Of a stretch of 64,000 bases of DNA, positions 61,819 through 64,000 are shown in pieces. The DNA comes from Leucoraja ocellata (lineage: Eukaryota). The notes under the pieces are model-generated. The model worked only from the letters and a program-made list of their open reading frames with translations. It was not told where the DNA came from and did no database searches. The stretch spans positions 4,464,001 through 4,528,000 of the forward strand of contig JAWMAR010000097.1 in assembly GCA_036785375.1 (NCBI GenBank). The letters run 5' to 3'. Every line of letters begins with the position of its first letter. Position 1 is the first letter of the stretch. Both the position numbers and the translations under genes were made by a program.

Positions 61819-64000
61819 GTGAGGTGAAAAGTGGGGATACGCCCCTTTTTAGGCTGTGGGCCGAGCATCAAAAATGTGTCTAGAAATGAACTTTTGTGAC
61901 CCGTGTCTCGGAACTGCATGAAATTTTGCATAGATTAAGATAAAAAATAATTGAGAAGGAAGTTGTAACTCGCCAGTGCCAAAAGCCGCAATATAAATGT
62001 GTGTGTTTTTTGAATAAGACTGCCACAGAGGACCAGCTCCTGAACCAGCCTAATTAATGGGTGAGGGCAGTTCTTCTGGGTTCCCCCGTTTACTGAACCC
62101 CACTGACTGCCAGTGTGCAGAGTGGGGGTCACGGCCATAGTGGGACTGGGGCAATACCAGGCTGGGGGAAGGCTAAGGCATCTTCCACTGAGAGGAAAAT
62201 GCTTAACCCTTTACTAACCCTAACTCACACCCCCGTTCCAGAGCTGCCCACAGCTGGAGCTGCCGCCGCTTTGGGACCTGCAGCGGGCTCCGTACGTGTG
62301 GCCGCTCAGCGAGTCCACCTCGATCAGCGTGCCCTTCTGGATCGTGGTGGTGATGATGGTGGCACTGACCTGCACTCCGCCCGGGCCGCCTTCAGCACCC
62401 CCATAGTGCCGGCTCCATCAGTCTGCCCGCTCGCTGCAACACCGGCCTACCGACAGCCTGACCGACCCCTCGCAGCACTCACCTGCCGTCCGACCACTCT
62501 CACCATCCACCAGCGGACCGACTGCCCGACCGATCGGCCACAGCATCCATCGGCCCACCGACAACCCCAACTGACCCTAATCCTAACCCTAGCTGCACCT
62601 TTGTTATTTATCATTTTTATTTAAGTTCACATCATAACTTTATAAAGATAATTCAATTGAAAAACAAAAGATCAACAAGGTTAGCATTACCATTATCCTT
62701 GGAAACCTCGCTATTGCTATTGATGTAATGAGGAGGCAGCCATGATCCCAGTGTCCTCGCTGCCTAGCGACCATAAAGCAAAGCGCGGGATTGGTCAATT
62801 TGCGTCCATGTCAAACATGCATCGATTGGACAATTACTAGTCGGAAAATTGGAAGTATTTGTCATATTTAAACAATATGCGCAGGTTTTGTTCTTGACGA
62901 GTTTCAGGTGTGATTTATATAATATTTTTACACAATATATTAAAAAATTCAGGTAGTTCCGTGAGTTGGGACACAAACCTGAACGAAAAAGCTCCTCGGC
63001 CCACAGCCTATTTGTGTAACTTCCAGATGTGGCTGTTTGTTAATGTGTGTGTGGAATTTTATCTCTCTGGCCAGCTGCTGTACAAAGCTAGGTTGAAATA
63101 TAGAGCAACTGTAGCTATTTTGGGAACCTTGTCATTCTGAGCAGTCTAGTTTAATCCAGTCCCTTCATAATCCTTCCAGATACATTGCCTGAAAGCGCAC
63201 CCTGCCAGAGTCGTGAGTTTAATTGTGCCGACAGGAGAACAATGAAAATCTTACTGGCTGCAGCGTAACAGGCCCGCAAACACAATACACACCAACCATA
63301 TATTGTCTCCTTCCAAATGCACTTACCTCTTCAGTTCTCTATTGACTTTCCTCTGCTCCCTCGTCCTAGTACCTGCTGTGAAAATTAATTTCCCTTTTGT
63401 TTTCCATAGATCCCGAAGAGGTTGCCTCCATGAATCCTCGTTGTCCAGCAGCTTGTAACACTGATGCATGGGGGGGTTTGCCACTGAGAGCGGTCACCAG
63501 TTAGACTACGGAAGGCATGTGGACTGTCAGTGGCAGCTGTTAGCAGCTCCTCTGCCAGACACGGTAGATGGGTTTTGTATGGCTTTCCACAAAGCTGGCC
63601 TCCTGTTACACAGTGAGGACATGTCAGCCATCAACCCAAGTGCTCTGTTTCTAACACCCTGTTTCATTCAATTTAAACAAAACATTTCAAGTCAGCTATT
63701 TGCTTTATTAAATGTGATGTGAAGATTCGGTAGAAAAGAAATGACGAACTTTTACATTCTGTCCTCCCACCTCACCCTCTCAAACTTCTGTGTAAGAATT
63801 TACAATACTGTATACAAAATAGTTCTACAGCACAGAAACAGGCCCTTCGGCCCAATTCATCAATGCCAATCACGATGCACTATCTAAGCTAGACCTATTT
63901 GACCATATACCTGTCCAAATGTCCTTTAAATGTAGTTATTGAACGTGTCCCAAACTAAACATGGAATTGCAGATGCAGGAGGCTTGAGCAAAACACAAAG

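Overview
This is vertebrate nuclear DNA. The repeat content (HER1-like CR1 LINEs, V-domain tRNA SINEs, Penelope-derived short repeats) suggests a cartilaginous fish such as a skate or ray; that assignment is an inference. The whole window lies inside one + strand gene, USP19 (ubiquitin carboxyl-terminal hydrolase 19). I traced 19 internal GT-AG coding exons (5926-61818; 3378 nt, about 1126 codons, phases consistent throughout). They encode CS1, a long linker, CS2, a SIAH-binding motif, the USP Cys box, the QHDAQEF motif and the inserted MYND zinc finger. The start exon, His box and C-terminus lie outside the window. The introns are dense with transposons: CR1, Rex/Babar, L1, Penelope-like elements, V-SINEs, an IR/DR Tc1 element, a hAT-type MITE and a Helitron end. 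The most unusual observations are: (i) many short Penelope-derived repeats carrying a minimal hammerhead-ribozyme-like core, some in inverted pairs; (ii) a ~650-nt fold-back palindrome that includes non-TE flanks; (iii) a ~600-bp intron-to-intron duplication fused to a truncated CR1; (iv) a sense Rex LINE ending next to a branch point. Repeat boundaries are approximate and were read by eye.
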